Source: Eledone cirrhosa (Eukaryota). From it: a DNA stretch of 64,000 nt. This document shows positions 1 to 15,311 of the stretch, one piece after another (position 1 is the stretch's first letter; the number at the start of each line of letters is the position of its first letter). The stretch covers positions 151,652,001 to 151,716,000 of the forward strand of contig OZ024740.1 of NCBI GenBank assembly GCA_964016885.1. Direction: 5' to 3'. The notes below the pieces were generated by a model. It saw only the letters and a program-made list of their open reading frames with translations, did no database searches and was not told where the DNA came from. Position numbers and translations under genes: made by a program.

Positions 1-400
1 TGGCTCCATCGAGTCTTCTCCTCGGTGTGGGCGACGGAGCGGTTCTCTGGTGACTGGAGCGAGGCAACTCTCCTACCCTTCTTCAAAAAAGGCGACAGGA
101 AACTGTGTTCCAGCTACAGGGGTATCAGTTTAATTGACGTTGCTGCCAAAACCTTCGCAATTCTTCTGCTGAAGAGGTTCCAGGCCATCCGTCAGGGCGG
201 CTTCAGTCCGGGGAGGGGGTGCGATGATCAAATCTTCAATCTCCGGCGTGTCCTGGAGCAATGGTGGGCACATCAACAACCTACCGTCCTCTGCTTCATC
301 GACTTTGCAGCTGCCTTCGACTCGGTAGATCGGGAAGCCCTATGACCTATAATGCAGGCGGACGGCATCCCAGTGAAGCTGCTTCGTCTCATACAAGGCC
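1..400 (+). mobile_element. RTE-clade LINE reverse transcriptase fragment (pseudogenic)
   Basis: ORF 25..345 has non-LTR RT N-terminal motifs: LPFFKKGDRKLCSSYRGISL, QGGF..GRGCDDQIF, FIDFAAAFDSVDREAL. An in-frame stop follows, then PIMQADGIPVKLLRLI. Confidence 0.9.
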
Positions 401-1384
401 CTTAAAGATCACCCTATCATCAAGGAAAAGGATATATTGTTGTCCTGGTTATCCCTAAAAAAGATAGACATGTTTTTTATAACTTTGATTATAGTTCTAC
501 CCGATTCGAACCGACCTGGGGTTAAACAACAACAAACCTCAACAATTACATCTACTGTAAGAAATAAGTACATATAACAATATAAAAAGGAAAAACAATA
601 AAAAAGCTGAATCAACACTAGGCTCACACACACAGCTCATCACATATAGTCACACTCTATATATAATCACACAACACATGTACAAGAGAACACAAACACT
701 TCCACACATATCATTTGCACAACACAGTTTCCCAATTATATACACGCCACATGTATATACCACTCAATACATATATATATACATCACACATACACACACA
801 TCATATATATATATACACACAAAACACTTATAGACACAAAACATATATAGACAAAATAATACAACACCTCCATACATACCACATACACAATATAGTTTCA
901 CAACGTACATACATGCCATCCTAACCCACTACACATACGCGTGCGCACACACACATACTCACAACACAAAAGACCAAAAACACCTATACAGAGGCACCCA
1001 GCATATTAGGCTTACACAGCACATAGACACACGAACACATATACACAGACACATATATACACACAGACACACGCACACATATACACAGACACATATATAC
1101 ACACACACATACAGCCGTTAATACAAAAACGCACATAACATAAGCAAATGAAGACAAATCACCGCACACACACACATGTACACACCATACAAATTTAGCA
1201 CATACACACAGGCAAACATCTCATAAACACAAGAGAATACAATCTCACATAAATCCACCACTTACACACCAAACAACATTACACACCCATATTCGCATTG
1301 CGAACAAGCCACACATACAGACGATTCATATATACAAAGTTTCTGTACCTCCGTCTTTTACAACGATGTGTGTTCCAATTATTT

Positions 1385-1625
1385 GATGAACAAAACAGAT
1401 TTCTAGTGAAGTTAACGTGCAAAGTGATTGAGCCCTCCCTATACACATGTAGTCTCAACATAGGTTTTATGATGATTCAACCTCACACAGTGTGTGACAG
1501 GACTGGCCGTTTCAGTTTCAGGTTGAACACACATTTTAGAAAGCTGGATGGATTGCAATAAGGTAAAATAAGCTAGGAATCAAACTCATGACCTTACGAT
1601 CGTAAGCTCAACAGCCTAACCACGT
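1385..1625 (-). mobile_element. Degenerate tRNA-derived SINE (family S2)
   Basis: Resembles copies at 13760-14600, 39085-39330 and 58070-58380 (gtgaagttaacgtgcaa, gtgtgacaggactggcc, B-box-like ggaatcaaactc). Confidence 0.6.
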
Positions 1626-2069
1626 ATACACAAAAAACGGAAATATCTACATCAAAAACAAGAAATAACCAATACTCACCCACATGCGCATCACGAACAA
1701 GCCACCTATATAGACGACACATACACAATATACACGCAACGTACGAACACATATAAGCACACACCACATATATATAAAAGAAGACAAACACCGCCATCAA
1801 AATCACGAAAGAAGTATCCGGGTGTATGTTTGCTGAACATCAATACTTTAACAATGGCTAATGTATTATTTATTCATTGTTTGTATTAAACTAAGAATCA
1901 ATGGTCAGGATTGATAATTGAATTAAAGGAGGGGCTGGGATGGGGCTGTTATTGTATCATCATTGATTTCAACGTTGGAGATCGTGGAGTATGGGCAGGG
2001 CTATATAATGGGAAATGTGAGATGAAGATTTAAAATCTAAAATAAAGTTTAGGATAATTTATTGATTCC

Positions 2070-2121
<52 letters not shown>

Positions 2122-2351
2122 CACACATATATATATATATATTCATATATATATATATTTCTTTAGGTTTGTTGGTTCACCACCGGATAGAACTGGTCAT
2201 TCCGTATGGTCAATCCTGGTGTAATATTGTGAAGAGTACTCAACGCAGTGCAGTTCACCCATCTTCGTTTGTGTAGTTGGTGGTGCGAATACGGAGTTAA
2301 TTATAAATAAAATAAAATAACAGGAGGCTGTAAATCCTTGAAAGGTTTATT

Positions 2352-2410
2352 ATACTATGATCATTTCAATGACCGGGTTCCATATGAATCCGGTGATATC
2401 ATCAGGTATT
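2352..2410 (-). ncRNA. Type I hammerhead ribozyme, intact core
   Basis: Minus strand reads atac-CTGATGA-T..ACCGG..CCGGT..T-GAAA-TGATCA-TA-gtat. Stem III is palindromic (ATGATCAT); cleavage triplet AUA. Confidence 0.8.
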
Positions 2411-3723
2411 GGAATATAGCAAAGGAATATGTATAAAACCATGGGTCCGAAAACTAGCTTCTTGGTCAGTCGCCCTCAAAGTGTTGGCAACTGAATCTAC
2501 TAATGAATATCTGGTGAGGGGGCGAAGGCTTAGAATGCACTACCACCACTCCGTCAAATCTCTTTGAAGGGGAAGAAAGAAAGAAAGAAAGGGAGAAAGA
2601 AGTCAGTGTAAGGGTCATACTACATTCATGCTAGAAAATGCCGCGAAAAAATGCTACTCCAAAGAATCTATAATGGGTTTCTGTATGGTCTAATGTGTGA
2701 ACCGAAGATTGGAACGTTAAACTTATGTTGCGAGTTATAGGATGAAATTAAATTAAATTAAAAATATTAAATTGCAAAATGATAAATTGAAAAATAAGTT
2801 ATTAGAAAATTAAAGATTAAGGTAGCGAGATTTATTTATTTAATGAACTTACGGAGAGAGTCTTATATGAAAAAATTTATCTCGATAAGATATTAGGATG
2901 GGATATAGAGTAAAGATTTCGATTGAGAGTTCCTGTCAGCTCCCCCACCCCCACCACCACCACCACCATGGGTCAGCCAGTCTTCGGTGGTATCGTCCAG
3001 CGAAAGAAATGGAAATTAATTTTTCCGAGTACGCTAGCCCTCCCGGGGCTTAAGGTAGCTACGTTCCTAGAGTACTCTGAAAAATTAATTTCCATTTCTT
3101 TCGCTGGACGATACCACTCGAGCCTGGCTGACTCGTGGTGGTGGTGGGTGGGTGGGGGGGGGGGGTTGCTGACAGGAACTCTCAATCGAAATCTTTATTC
3201 TATATCCCATCCTAATATCTTATCGAGATAAATTTTTTCATATAAAACTCTCTCCGTAAGTTCATTAAATAAATCTCGCTACCTTAATCTTTAATTCTCT
3301 AATAACTTATTTTTCAATTTATCATTTTGCAATTTAATATTTTTAATTTAATTTAATTTCATCCTATAACTCGGAACATAAGTTTAACGTTCCAATCTTC
3401 GGTTCACACATTAGACCATACAGAAACCCATTATAGATTCTTTGGAGTAGCATTTTTTCGCGGCATTTTCTAGCATGAATGTAGTATGACCCTTACACTG
3501 ACTTCTTTCTCCCTTTCTTTCTTTCTTCCCCTTCAAAGAGATTTGACGGAGTGGTGGTAGTGCATTATAAGCCTTCGCCCCCTCACCAGATATTCATTAG
3601 TAGATTCAGTTGCCAACACTTTGAGGGCGACTGGCCGAGAAGCTAGTTGGTCAGTCGTCCTCTTTGTCTCTATCTTTGACTTTTCGGACCCATGGTTTTT
3701 TACATATTCCTTTGTTATATTCC

Positions 3724-3782
3724 AATACCTGATGATATCACCGGATTCATATGGAACCCGGTCATTGAAATGATCATAGTAA
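3724..3782 (+). ncRNA. Type I hammerhead ribozyme, intact core
   Basis: tac-CTGATGA(3729-3735)-tatcACCGGattcatatggaacCCGGTcatt-GAAA(3767)-TGATCA-TA-gta. Predicted cleavage after 3778. Confidence 0.8.
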
Positions 3783-3832
3783 AATAAACCTTTCAAGGAT
3801 TTACACCAGTCCAGCCTCCTGTTATTTTATTA

Positions 3833-4124
<292 letters not shown>

Positions 4125-4306
4125 AACGAAGGAAATGTGGTAAGGAACCATGTGGACCATAACGCACCAAAGTACTCAATACTTAGGGTAGTAGAGTGGG
4201 TAATAGCAACGAGTAGGACCCCGACGGCTGAGCTCAAGCCGTTTCGACGTCCAGAATTAGCCGTCGATACGGCTTGAGCTCAGCCGTCGGGGTCCTACTC
4301 GTTCCT
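4125..4306. mobile_element. Short fold-back element family B (hammerhead 3' half)
   Basis: Inverted arms about 4203-4249 / 4262-4306 carrying GAAAC-GGC-ttgagctca-GCC-GTC, inside (TA)n. Homologues at 9641, 21439, 35934, 36544, 41860 and 42888. Confidence 0.8.
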
Positions 4307-4308
4307 AA

Positions 4309-5984
<1,676 letters not shown>

Positions 5985-5985
<1 letters not shown>

Positions 5986-6331
5986 ACAAGGTCGAAATAA
6001 TCAAGAGAAAACCTTTATCAGACAATTCAAACCAAGATTAACCTCACTTGCAAAACAATGTTTCAACCATAAAGGAAGGTAGAGTTGCGCCCATTGTCAA
6101 AGTTTATAATTTTTCTTCACACAAGCGATAACGAAAGAATCAGTTGTATCCTTTACTTTAGCAAGAATCAATAAGCAGGTCTTTTAACGAGACAAAACAA
6201 TGTGTCCTAATAAATGTTTTCATAATCCAATACGGAGAAAGCAAGATTTGCTAAACATTACTTTTTGTATATGTTATAAAGATCCTTTATATAAGGTGCG
6301 CTTTTCAAACCCTTTTTTTTTAAATCAATTT

Positions 6332-6335
<4 letters not shown>
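5985..6335 (+). mobile_element. Probable PLE 3' remnant
   Basis: Reads EQGRNNQEKTFIRQFKPRL, like the C-terminal R..E..FI..F.P.LN of PLE GIY-YIG domains, then an AT-rich tail ending at (TA)n. Confidence 0.4.
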
Positions 6336-6416
<81 letters not shown>

Positions 6417-6417
<1 letters not shown>

Positions 6418-6601
6418 GTTATTTCGGGTTGAATCGGAGGTAACCACAGTAAGTAAGGTACTCAATACATAGCAGAGTATAAAGGTTTTAATATAGATGA
6501 GATTCTACAGGACTAGAACTGTTTCATTCTTTAGAAATCATCATGATTTCTAAAGAATGAAACAGTTCTAGTCCTGTAGAATCTCATCTATATTAAAACC
6601 T
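6417..6601. mobile_element. Short fold-back element family A
   Basis: Perfect inverted arms about 6484-6540 / 6544-6600 centred on aaatcatcatgattt. Carries TGATGA..GAAACAG..CTGTA; (TA)n on both sides. Confidence 0.85.
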
Positions 6602-6646
6602 ATATATATATATATATATGCGCGCACACACACACTCTCTCTCTCT

Positions 6647-6735
<89 letters not shown>

Positions 6736-7233
6736 ACATAAACAGAGAAAGCCTTAAGCGATACTCCGACCAACTCCATCTCACTCAACAAACATTAGGA
6801 TATGTATGTGTGTGTGAGTGTGTGTGTGTGGGTGTCTGGGTGCGTGTGTGTGTGTTTATGTACATATTATATATGAATACATATGTGTGTGTGGTAGTGT
6901 GTATAATTGCAATTCTTAGTGAATAAACCAATAATAATATTACAGCCTCGAGATGGAACGTTACAGAACCGGTCATTGCATTGAAAACTGCATCCTTTGC
7001 TTTTATTATACACTGCGATTGCATGTTCCAAAGTACAGGATCAAATTGTAATCCTGGATTTACGGTATTTGTGGATTATATAGGAATAGTCGCTGACTGC
7101 ACAGTATGTCCTTCTTATCTATAAACCAGGTGATCGCATCGTTTGCTGAATATGCTTTGCGCTCAGATTATCTAAAGCCATCAAACCTTAACTATACATA
7201 CATATACATACATATACATACACAGACACGCAT

Positions 7234-7264
<31 letters not shown>

Positions 7265-7520
7265 TGCACACACACACACACACTCACACACACACATATA
7301 TATATGAGTGTGTGTGTGCGTGTGTTTGTGCGTGTTTGTGTCTGTATATGTATACATACATATATATATATATATACATACATACATATATATAGTTATA
7401 AATACTTACATACATACTTGCATACATAAATTTATATATATATATATAGAGAGAGAGAGAGGGTGAGAGGGATAGATAAATAGATAGTTAGATAGATAAA
7501 TATATAGATAGATAGATATG

Positions 7521-8120
7521 TTTCTTTATTAGCCACAGGGGCACAAAAGAAAGAGACAAATACAAAGGGGGAAGTTTACATACAATAAAAACGTGTAAAA
7601 TACTATCACAAATGCAATTTAAAAATTAATCGATTTTCCCCAATAGGGGAGACATTTCATATGGGTAACACATACCCCAGCAAAAAGGTGCAACCCTCAT
7701 CTCAAGGAGTACGAAGAGTTTGTACCCCTTTCCTCTCTTCCTCTTTTTCCTCAACCTACAGGCTCAGGCTGATATAGAAAGAAGGCCCATTCACTCGGGC
7801 CATTCTCGCCACTTTCACCCACCTTTCATAAAACTTACTGGGGTACAGCACCTCTATCTCCACCCTGATTCTTCTTCCAAAGTGGTATTTGAAAAAAAGA
7901 ATCAGTTGTTGGCCGGAGAGAAAGGTGTCTGACCTCAGTCCTTTTAACCTCATCCACCATACAACCTCTTTCGCCATAGCTATCACACAAAGGAAAACCG
8001 CCTCTCCCTCGTTGTTGAAGGAGGGTGGCCGTTTGATCATGACAATGGACTCGGTGGTCAACCGGATTGGTCCCACCCGTGACAATAGTCGTTCTACATA
8101 GCCCCACAGATCGGTAACTA
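7521..8120 (-). mobile_element. Tx1/L1-type LINE 3' fragment
   Basis: ORF 7756..8238 ([34 protein letters not shown]) matches the ORF2 C-terminus at about 47700-48000. The 3' end reads gtggctaataaagaaa. Confidence 0.85.
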
Positions 8121-8358
8121 AACACACAACACACACAAAAACAATATGGCGTAGGACAGAACAAAGGAGAGGCACAAAACAAAGAAAAGAATCCCAGTCA
8201 CTAAAGACGTGACATAATGTGTGGAACCAACCAACCAACCGGAAATTTATAAATTTAATTTATAATAAATTGGAGTGAAAGCAACTGGTGCGTGTGTTTC
8301 TTATTGGCAACATGACCCTCCCAAAGTATAACAATATATATATATATATTTATATATA

Positions 8359-8434
<76 letters not shown>

Positions 8435-8442
8435 TATATGTA

Positions 8443-9190
8443 TTGGATAATCCTGTCGCCCATCATTTCTGTTCTCCTGGTCATTCCTCCCTACATGTTT
8501 CAGTCCTGGGTGTCCTTTTACATCATGGATCACAGGCCTCGCGCACCAGGACTGAACAAAGTCTGAATCACCACCTTGGGTCCTATTCCCCTTTTGGACT
8601 CAACTCACCTCCCCAATTTCACTAATAGCCAGTCCATTATCACACTCCTAGATTCCTATGGCTTTCTCTTGATCCTTAACATCTTCTCTTACAACTAATA
8701 CAGGCCGACTGTATATGCTCACTCCACTTTTCCCTTCACTACTCTCTATACACACACATATGCACCCTTATATTAACATACTTTTGCTCATAGCTTCGTA
8801 CTTACATGCACACACTCTTTTACTCACATATACACGCACATTTCTTCTTAGCTTCCTACGGACGCATAATAAGACACACACACACATGCTTACGCACGTG
8901 CACAAGTATAGCTCTTTTTACCAAACGTTTTTTTTTCATTTCAGGTAGACGCGCTCCATCATCAACTTTTCTAAAAAAACAAATCATACACAAAATGCCA
9001 GCACCAACAGTTTGCAAGAGATGTCAACATAATGTTATTTTTATCTAAAGACATTTTTTCCAATTCCATCCCGCCCGTCCCTCAATCTATCTTATTTCTC
9101 ATTTTTCTTCTGATGAAGGACTAGCGTCCAAAACGTTGAGACACTCTTCCTGCTATATCAAGCATTAACCTAATATATCCCTTCCATATA
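8443..9190 (+). mobile_element. Penelope-like element 3' end (GIY-YIG C-terminus plus pseudo-LTR)
   Basis: [43 protein letters not shown] matches the typical PLE C-terminus PVA.HF...GH...EQ....LG...P.GLN. An HHR-like motif follows at 9105. Confidence 0.75.
9105..9141 (+). ncRNA. Minimal hammerhead, one core mutation (G12A)
   Basis: tctt-CTGATGA-a-GGAC-tagc-GTCC-aAAAC-GTT-gaga; palindromic AACGTT stem III. Confidence 0.6.
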
Positions 9191-9278
9191 CGAAGGACCG
9201 TGACAAGTGGGGAGATGTTGTGCTGAATAAGACCCGTCCAAGCCTTACAAGCAGGGAAAAGCCGACGTAAAGTGATGA

Positions 9279-9338
<60 letters not shown>

Positions 9339-9339
9339 T

Positions 9340-9630
9340 AAGGCGGGTAAAATTCTCAAGATCCATGGACGAATCCTCTCCAGCGGTCTCTGTCCCTCAT
9401 TATCGCTGCCATGTCCTGCGTCTCCAACAGACCAGTGTCTGTCCTTAGGGCATCAACATACGTTAACCTTGGTGTTCCTCTTCTAGTGTGTCCATGTAGG
9501 GGCTCCCAAAAGAGCACTGAGTGCAATGTCAACTCTGGATGTCGGTGAGCATGTCCAGCTAACCTCAGTCTCCTCTGTGTCACTTTTGAGCTGACTTTTG
9601 GGATGCTCCCATACAGCTCTGAGTTTTTCA
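9340..9630 (-). mobile_element. RTE-clade LINE 3' end
   Basis: NSELYG..RRLRLAGHAHRHPE..VLFWEPLHGHTRRGTPRLTYVDAL..MRDRDRWR is a typical RTE C-terminus. Confidence 0.85.
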
Positions 9631-9640
9631 TATATATATA

Positions 9641-9764
9641 GGGTGAGGTAAAATACTAGATGAACCATAACCCACCAGAATACTCGATACTTGGAATAGT
9701 AGAGTGGGTAATATGAATCTAGCTATTGAAACGGCCGGAGCTCAGCCGTCGGAATCCTGAATCT

Positions 9765-9767
<3 letters not shown>
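9641..9767. mobile_element. Family B fragment with internal inversion
   Basis: The left part matches 4130-4205. The right part (gaaacggccggagctcagccgtc) is in the opposite orientation. Confidence 0.65.
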
Positions 9768-9848
<81 letters not shown>

Positions 9849-9903
9849 TTATATATGTGTGTGTGTGTGTGTTTGTGTGTGTGTATATATATCTGTGTGT
9901 GTG

Positions 9904-9950
<47 letters not shown>

Positions 9951-9953
<3 letters not shown>

Positions 9954-10545
9954 GTAAATTCGGATATTTAAAGCCCAGATAAGGTATACCCCATATCCAG
10001 ATTAGCGAAATGTATTTCAATGATAAATCCATTTGGTATACTTCCGGTCACCTTAGATTTATAACCGCAGAGCATATATCAACACAAGAAATGGATCACC
10101 AAGGTTCAATAGTTAATACATTATTTATTTTATCGACATATGTTTCATTCTTTAAAAATATTCTTCACAATACTTTTATAGAAAAATCATCAGGATCAAT
10201 TATATACAACATATAAAAAGTGTTTAATTACCGACCGATGTATGTGCGTACTATCTTGGTTGAAGCGATACAAGTTTTTGTTAGGTTATGGAAGGTAGGA
10301 ATTGCTAGAATTATCTAACAATACTGTTTTTAACAGTTATTCTGTCAGGTATTTCCAGCACTCGTATTTTGATTTTAATATAATCTATTCCAGTAGTTAG
10401 TACAAACAGTGTAGTATTTATTCACTGATTCAAATTTAACATCAGTGAACGGTATAATGACCGTTAACATTTATAAATGTTTATGGTAGCAAGTATTGGC
10501 TAAAATTGTCTAGGTGCTATCGGCGTTTATTTAGCTTATTAATAT
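9951..10545 (-). mobile_element. PLE 3' end (ORF terminus plus pseudo-LTR with hammerhead)
   Basis: Minus strand reads NKLNKR...NTCYHK (LNKR..L.S.C.H-type PLE terminus), followed by an intact HHR. Confidence 0.6.
10129..10199 (-). ncRNA. Type I hammerhead ribozyme, intact core
   Basis: atc-CTGATGA-T-tttTCT..TAAAAGTATT-gtgaag-AATATTTTTA..AGAA-T-GAAA-CATATG-TC-gat. Palindromic stem III ACATATGT; GUC site. Confidence 0.8.
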
Positions 10546-10814
10546 GTACCACTTTGTTTTACTTTGTACATATCGCCACAAACTACCTCTATCTCTACAT
10601 GTAGCACCATTATACATTTATATAGACCCTCACGTACATGTATACTCACATTCATTTATCCATATATACACACATGCACTCGACGGTGGACCACATGATT
10701 ATGTAAATATACCCAAATATACAGACATACATATACAGATCCCATCATACCTAATTTCCGCTAACACTCATTGAACACACATACATACAAACGTCACATA
10801 CACACACACACACA

Positions 10815-10936
<122 letters not shown>

Positions 10937-11019
10937 CATACATAGGCATACACACACACATATATATATATATATGTGTGTCTGTGTGTGTATGGATGTG
11001 TCTGTGTGTGTGTCTATGA

Positions 11020-11056
<37 letters not shown>

Positions 11057-11077
11057 TGTGTATATATATATATATAT

Positions 11078-12135
11078 ATGAAAAAAGTGTGTCCTTCATC
11101 AGTGATCTTCCAACCATCATAGGCATTTTATCGCTTTAAAGACCATATACCTCCGGTTGGTGTGCGCAACGGCTAAAAAAAGTTGTTGGGACACGTAAAT
11201 AAAGGGGACGCGAGGGTAAACAAACAAAATGGTGAAGCAACAGAAAGTGCGGAAGAAAGAGACAAGTCCCAGATTTCTATGAATTTAAGTTCGGTGAAAT
11301 TGTCTCTTTCTTCCTCACTTTCTGTTGCTTCACCATTTTGTTTGTTTACCCTCGCGTTCCCTTTATTTACGTGTCCCAACGACTTTTTTTAGCCGTTGCT
11401 CGCACCAACCGGAGGTATATGGTCTTTAAAGCGATGAAATGCCTATGATGGTTGGAAGATCACTGATGAAGGACAAACTTTTTTCATATGTAACCCATTT
11501 GCAACTCCGCAGCGCCCTTATCATATTTACACATATTTTTTCCTCTGCTGCTACACCGTCTTTTTCGTTCTATGTATCTTTACCCTTTCTAGCAGTCTCT
11601 CTCTCTGTTAGCCTTTTCCTCACCCTTCACTCACTCATTCTCTATCACTACCTCTCCTCCTCCTCTTTCTTTCCGTTTGACCTGTGAGTAATTCTTTTCT
11701 CTCACATTCTCGGCCAAGCTGGTCGGAATTTTTTCTCTCTCTCGTCTACCATTTCACATAACTTATGTTTACCGAATTCGCAGACCAGACCCCTTCTTCC
11801 TCCCGTTAGACCTGTGCGAAATTCCTTCCTTGCTCACATTTCAACCAGGTTTGATGGTCTTTATTCTCTCGTTCACGATTTCACCGAACTTAAATTCATA
11901 GAAATCTGGGACTTGTCTCTTTCTTCCTCACTTTCTGTTGCTTCACCATTTTGTTTGTTTACCCTCGCGTCCCCTTTATTTACGTGTCCCAACGACTTTT
12001 TTTAGCCGTTGCTCGCACCAACCGGAGGTATATGGTCTTTAAAGCGATGAAATGCCTATGATGGTTGGATGATCACTGATGAAGGACAAACTTTTTTCAT
12101 ACGTAACCCATTTGCAACTCCGCAGCGCCCTTATT

Positions 12136-12138
<3 letters not shown>
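11078..12138 (+). mobile_element. Non-autonomous PLE-like element family D: inverted repeat, then repeat, spacer, repeat
   Basis: 11078-11300 is the reverse complement of the repeat at 11301-11525 and 11878-12138. Direct-repeat period is 613 bp (CTGATGA at 11463 and 12076). (TA)n at both ends. Confidence 0.85.
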
Positions 12139-12181
<43 letters not shown>

Positions 12182-12536
12182 GTTCAAGAATAACCAATGT
12201 TAAAGAGAGAGATGGAGATAATAGAGGAGATATGAGAGGAGAGATTGGTGAGTTAGTTAGAAGCCAAAGCGTAAAGGCATGTGCTCAATGTGCAAATTTC
12301 AGTAGAAAGCAGCTAGGTGGCTGGGTTCATGCAGAATTTAGGTGCGCAGAGCTGGAAATATTCATTAGTTAAGCAAAACAAGACCACAAACTTCACAAGG
12401 AAGACATTATTAAAAGATTGTCAACATATTTTAGTTTGATCTGAACCAGATCAATTATGATATATAGTCATCTGATCCAGAAATATTATATGGAGTAGCG
12501 AAACAATTGTAAACGGACATTATTATTATTAATATT

Positions 12537-12695
12537 GCGGTGGATTGGCAGTATCGGTAGAGGGTCGGACGCCATGCTTGTAAGGATGAAAGGCAAATTC
12601 AACCTCGGCGGGATTTGAACTCAGATCGTAAAGGGACGTAACTATGCTGGGAAGCATGGCGTCCGACCCTCTGCCGATACTGCCAATCCACCACC
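12537..12695 (-). mobile_element. tRNA-derived SINE S1 with inverted duplication of its head
   Basis: ggtggattggcagtatcggtagagggtcggacgccatgctt at the left, its reverse complement at the right; B-box-like gagttcaaatccc on the minus strand. Confidence 0.8.
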
Positions 12696-12845
12696 GGTAT
12701 CAATAAAAATAATACTTTCAATAGCTTTTTCTCGCGGGCGAGATCCACTGATAAGTGACATAGGTAAGGGTGTCTCCAGTATGTCTGGTATGCAAACAAC
12801 AGATACACACAGTCACACAGTAGCAAGCACAGGCGCTCGCACACA

Positions 12846-12895
<50 letters not shown>

Positions 12896-12920
12896 ATGTA
12901 TGTATATATATATAAATACT

Positions 12921-12952
<32 letters not shown>

Positions 12953-12956
12953 AATA

Positions 12957-13034
<78 letters not shown>

Positions 13035-13054
13035 GATATACATATATACATATA

Positions 13055-13107
<53 letters not shown>

Positions 13108-13759
13108 GCATACATATTGCGCACAAATAAGCCATATATATGAGAGAACATATATACTAACACATCCTGACACAAACCTTTAATGCCTTAACACACAGAC
13201 ATAGGAATATGGTTATCACGTACATTTAACAATAAACATCGGTCAAGCGAACACATACATACAGATACAAACACATGAACACACAAACACACACGTACAT
13301 ACAGCCACACGCGCACACATACACATACGTAGACCTAAACGAAAGCACACATACATTTACACATATACACCATTCATTAGACCTGTCAAAAATGAATTAT
13401 AACATTATAACATTGAAAAGCGCCGAAGCGAACTGAGATATGAAGAGAGAGAAAAACTCAAAGTAAAACAATTAATTAACAAAACACACACACACACGCA
13501 CACACACACATACACGTACGCATATATATATATATATATACATATGCGTATGCATATACACACAAATACATGCGCCTCCGTATACTTTCTCTGAAACAAA
13601 CATACACTGTGGAAAATACATAAATGGAAGGGGGATATAGAAAGTAAACGAAAGAATAAAACATAACAAAACACAAGCGAACCATAAATATAAAATATAA
13701 CAACAAAGCAATAGAAATGTACACCATAGTGGACAACAGTCAGTTTCGACGACATGTGT

Positions 13760-14600
13760 TCCGTTTTTTCGAACAACGCAACAGCCTGCTCGCGAAATTA
13801 GCGTACAAGTGACTGAGCATTCTACAGACACGTCTACATTTAATTTAGTTATCAGGGTGATTCAGTGTGACCCAATGTATGACACAATGCGTGACACAAT
13901 ACGTGATATGACTGGCCCTGTGAGTCATAGGTATCACCCATTATATATTAGAGTGAAAGTGGCTGAGCATCCCACAGATCTATGTAATCCTAATGAAAAT
14001 ATCAAGTAGATTTGGTGTGAGATATTGTTTAACAAGTGTAACCCTTTGAAATCCAGATACTACTAAGCATTCCACGGACAGTTATAATCTTAACATACAT
14101 TTAAATTAGATTGAGTGTGACACAGTATGTGACAAAGCTGTCTTTTAAAATATAGGTGCAACTTATTTTTACCAGCTGAGTGGACCGAAGCAAGGTAAAA
14201 TAAAGCGTCGTACTTTAAGACGTGCATGGGCAACCTTTTTCGAGAAGCGGGCCGCATGAGATATGGTTCATCATCAGGCGGGCCGCAAGCGCTAATTTAC
14301 ATCCATGCTCACATTAAAAAAGAAGGGCGCTAACTCAGATTGTTTTAATTTGTTTCTTCAGAATTCGTACACGTTGTTTTCCTCGATCGTAAAAATAATA
14401 GAAAGATAAATTACGACTGAGAAGTTGGGATAAAAAAATCAGAAAGATTTCACTTAGGTGACTTGGGCGGGCCATTCAGAAAGCTTCGCGGGTCGCAGGT
14501 TGGCCATGACTGCTTTAAGACAATATGGTACCTGGACCGGGAATAGAATTTAAAGTATTGCGATATTAGGTCAAATACTCTAGCCTCTAAGCCACGCGTT
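13760..14600 (-). mobile_element. SINE S2 copies (internally duplicated) interrupted by a hAT MITE
   Basis: Body cagcctgctcgcgaaattagcgtacaagtgactgagc, core ccagctgagtggacc..aaataaag, head ccgggaatagaa..ctctaagccac; split at 14221-14512. Confidence 0.7.
14221..14512. mobile_element. hAT-type MITE with 8-bp TSD
   Basis: Imperfect TIRs cgtgcatgggcaacct / aggttggccatgactg, subterminal gcgggcc motifs, TSD CTTTAAGA at 14213-14220 and 14513-14520. Confidence 0.85.
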
Positions 14601-14654
14601 CATAAAACATACTGAAAGAAAAGGTCTCTGATTAATATTACTTTTATTTCCAAT

Positions 14655-14693
<39 letters not shown>

Positions 14694-15220
14694 TTGATTT
14701 TGCTTTTCGTCATTCATTATGTTTTGGTTGATTTAGCATGTAAAAAGCTTTCCGTTTTGTATACGTGTTCGTGTGTTTGAATGTGTCGTATAAGTGTGTT
14801 TATAATTTAGTGTGTAAGGGTGAGAGAAGCTTTGTTGTGAAGTCAGGTTGTTTGTGTGTTTGTGTCAGTATGTGCGCGTGTGTGTGTAAGTGATTGAGTG
14901 TGTAGTTGTGGGAAAGTGAAAGAGCGTCTGTGTGGGTGGCATGAGTGGTGTGCTGTGAAAAGTGAATAATGGAAATATATTTTTTAATAATTTGGATACA
15001 TTATATATATATATATATACAGTATATATATATGCATATGTGTGTGTGTGAGTGCGTGTCTGTGTGTTTGTGTGTGTATGTATAAATGAATGTATGTAAA
15101 TATTATACTTATATATAAAGGGTCGTCAAGTATGGAATTTGTAGAAATTTGTTCTTTTTCTACAAAATTCTACAAATTATATAGTTTATTATATGAAGAT
15201 TATATATATATATATAAATA

Positions 15221-15311
<91 letters not shown>

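Noticed and set aside
2923-3796. ORFs in the family C palindrome, and the mirrored ORFs at 11173-11392
   Set aside because: By-products of inverted repeats; no recognisable motifs, and frames are not preserved between arms.
6940-7135. Cys-rich stretch after a ttacag acceptor-like site (possible host exon)
   Set aside because: Cys motifs are split across frames, with no convincing donor or recognisable domain; needs RNA-seq or tBLASTn.
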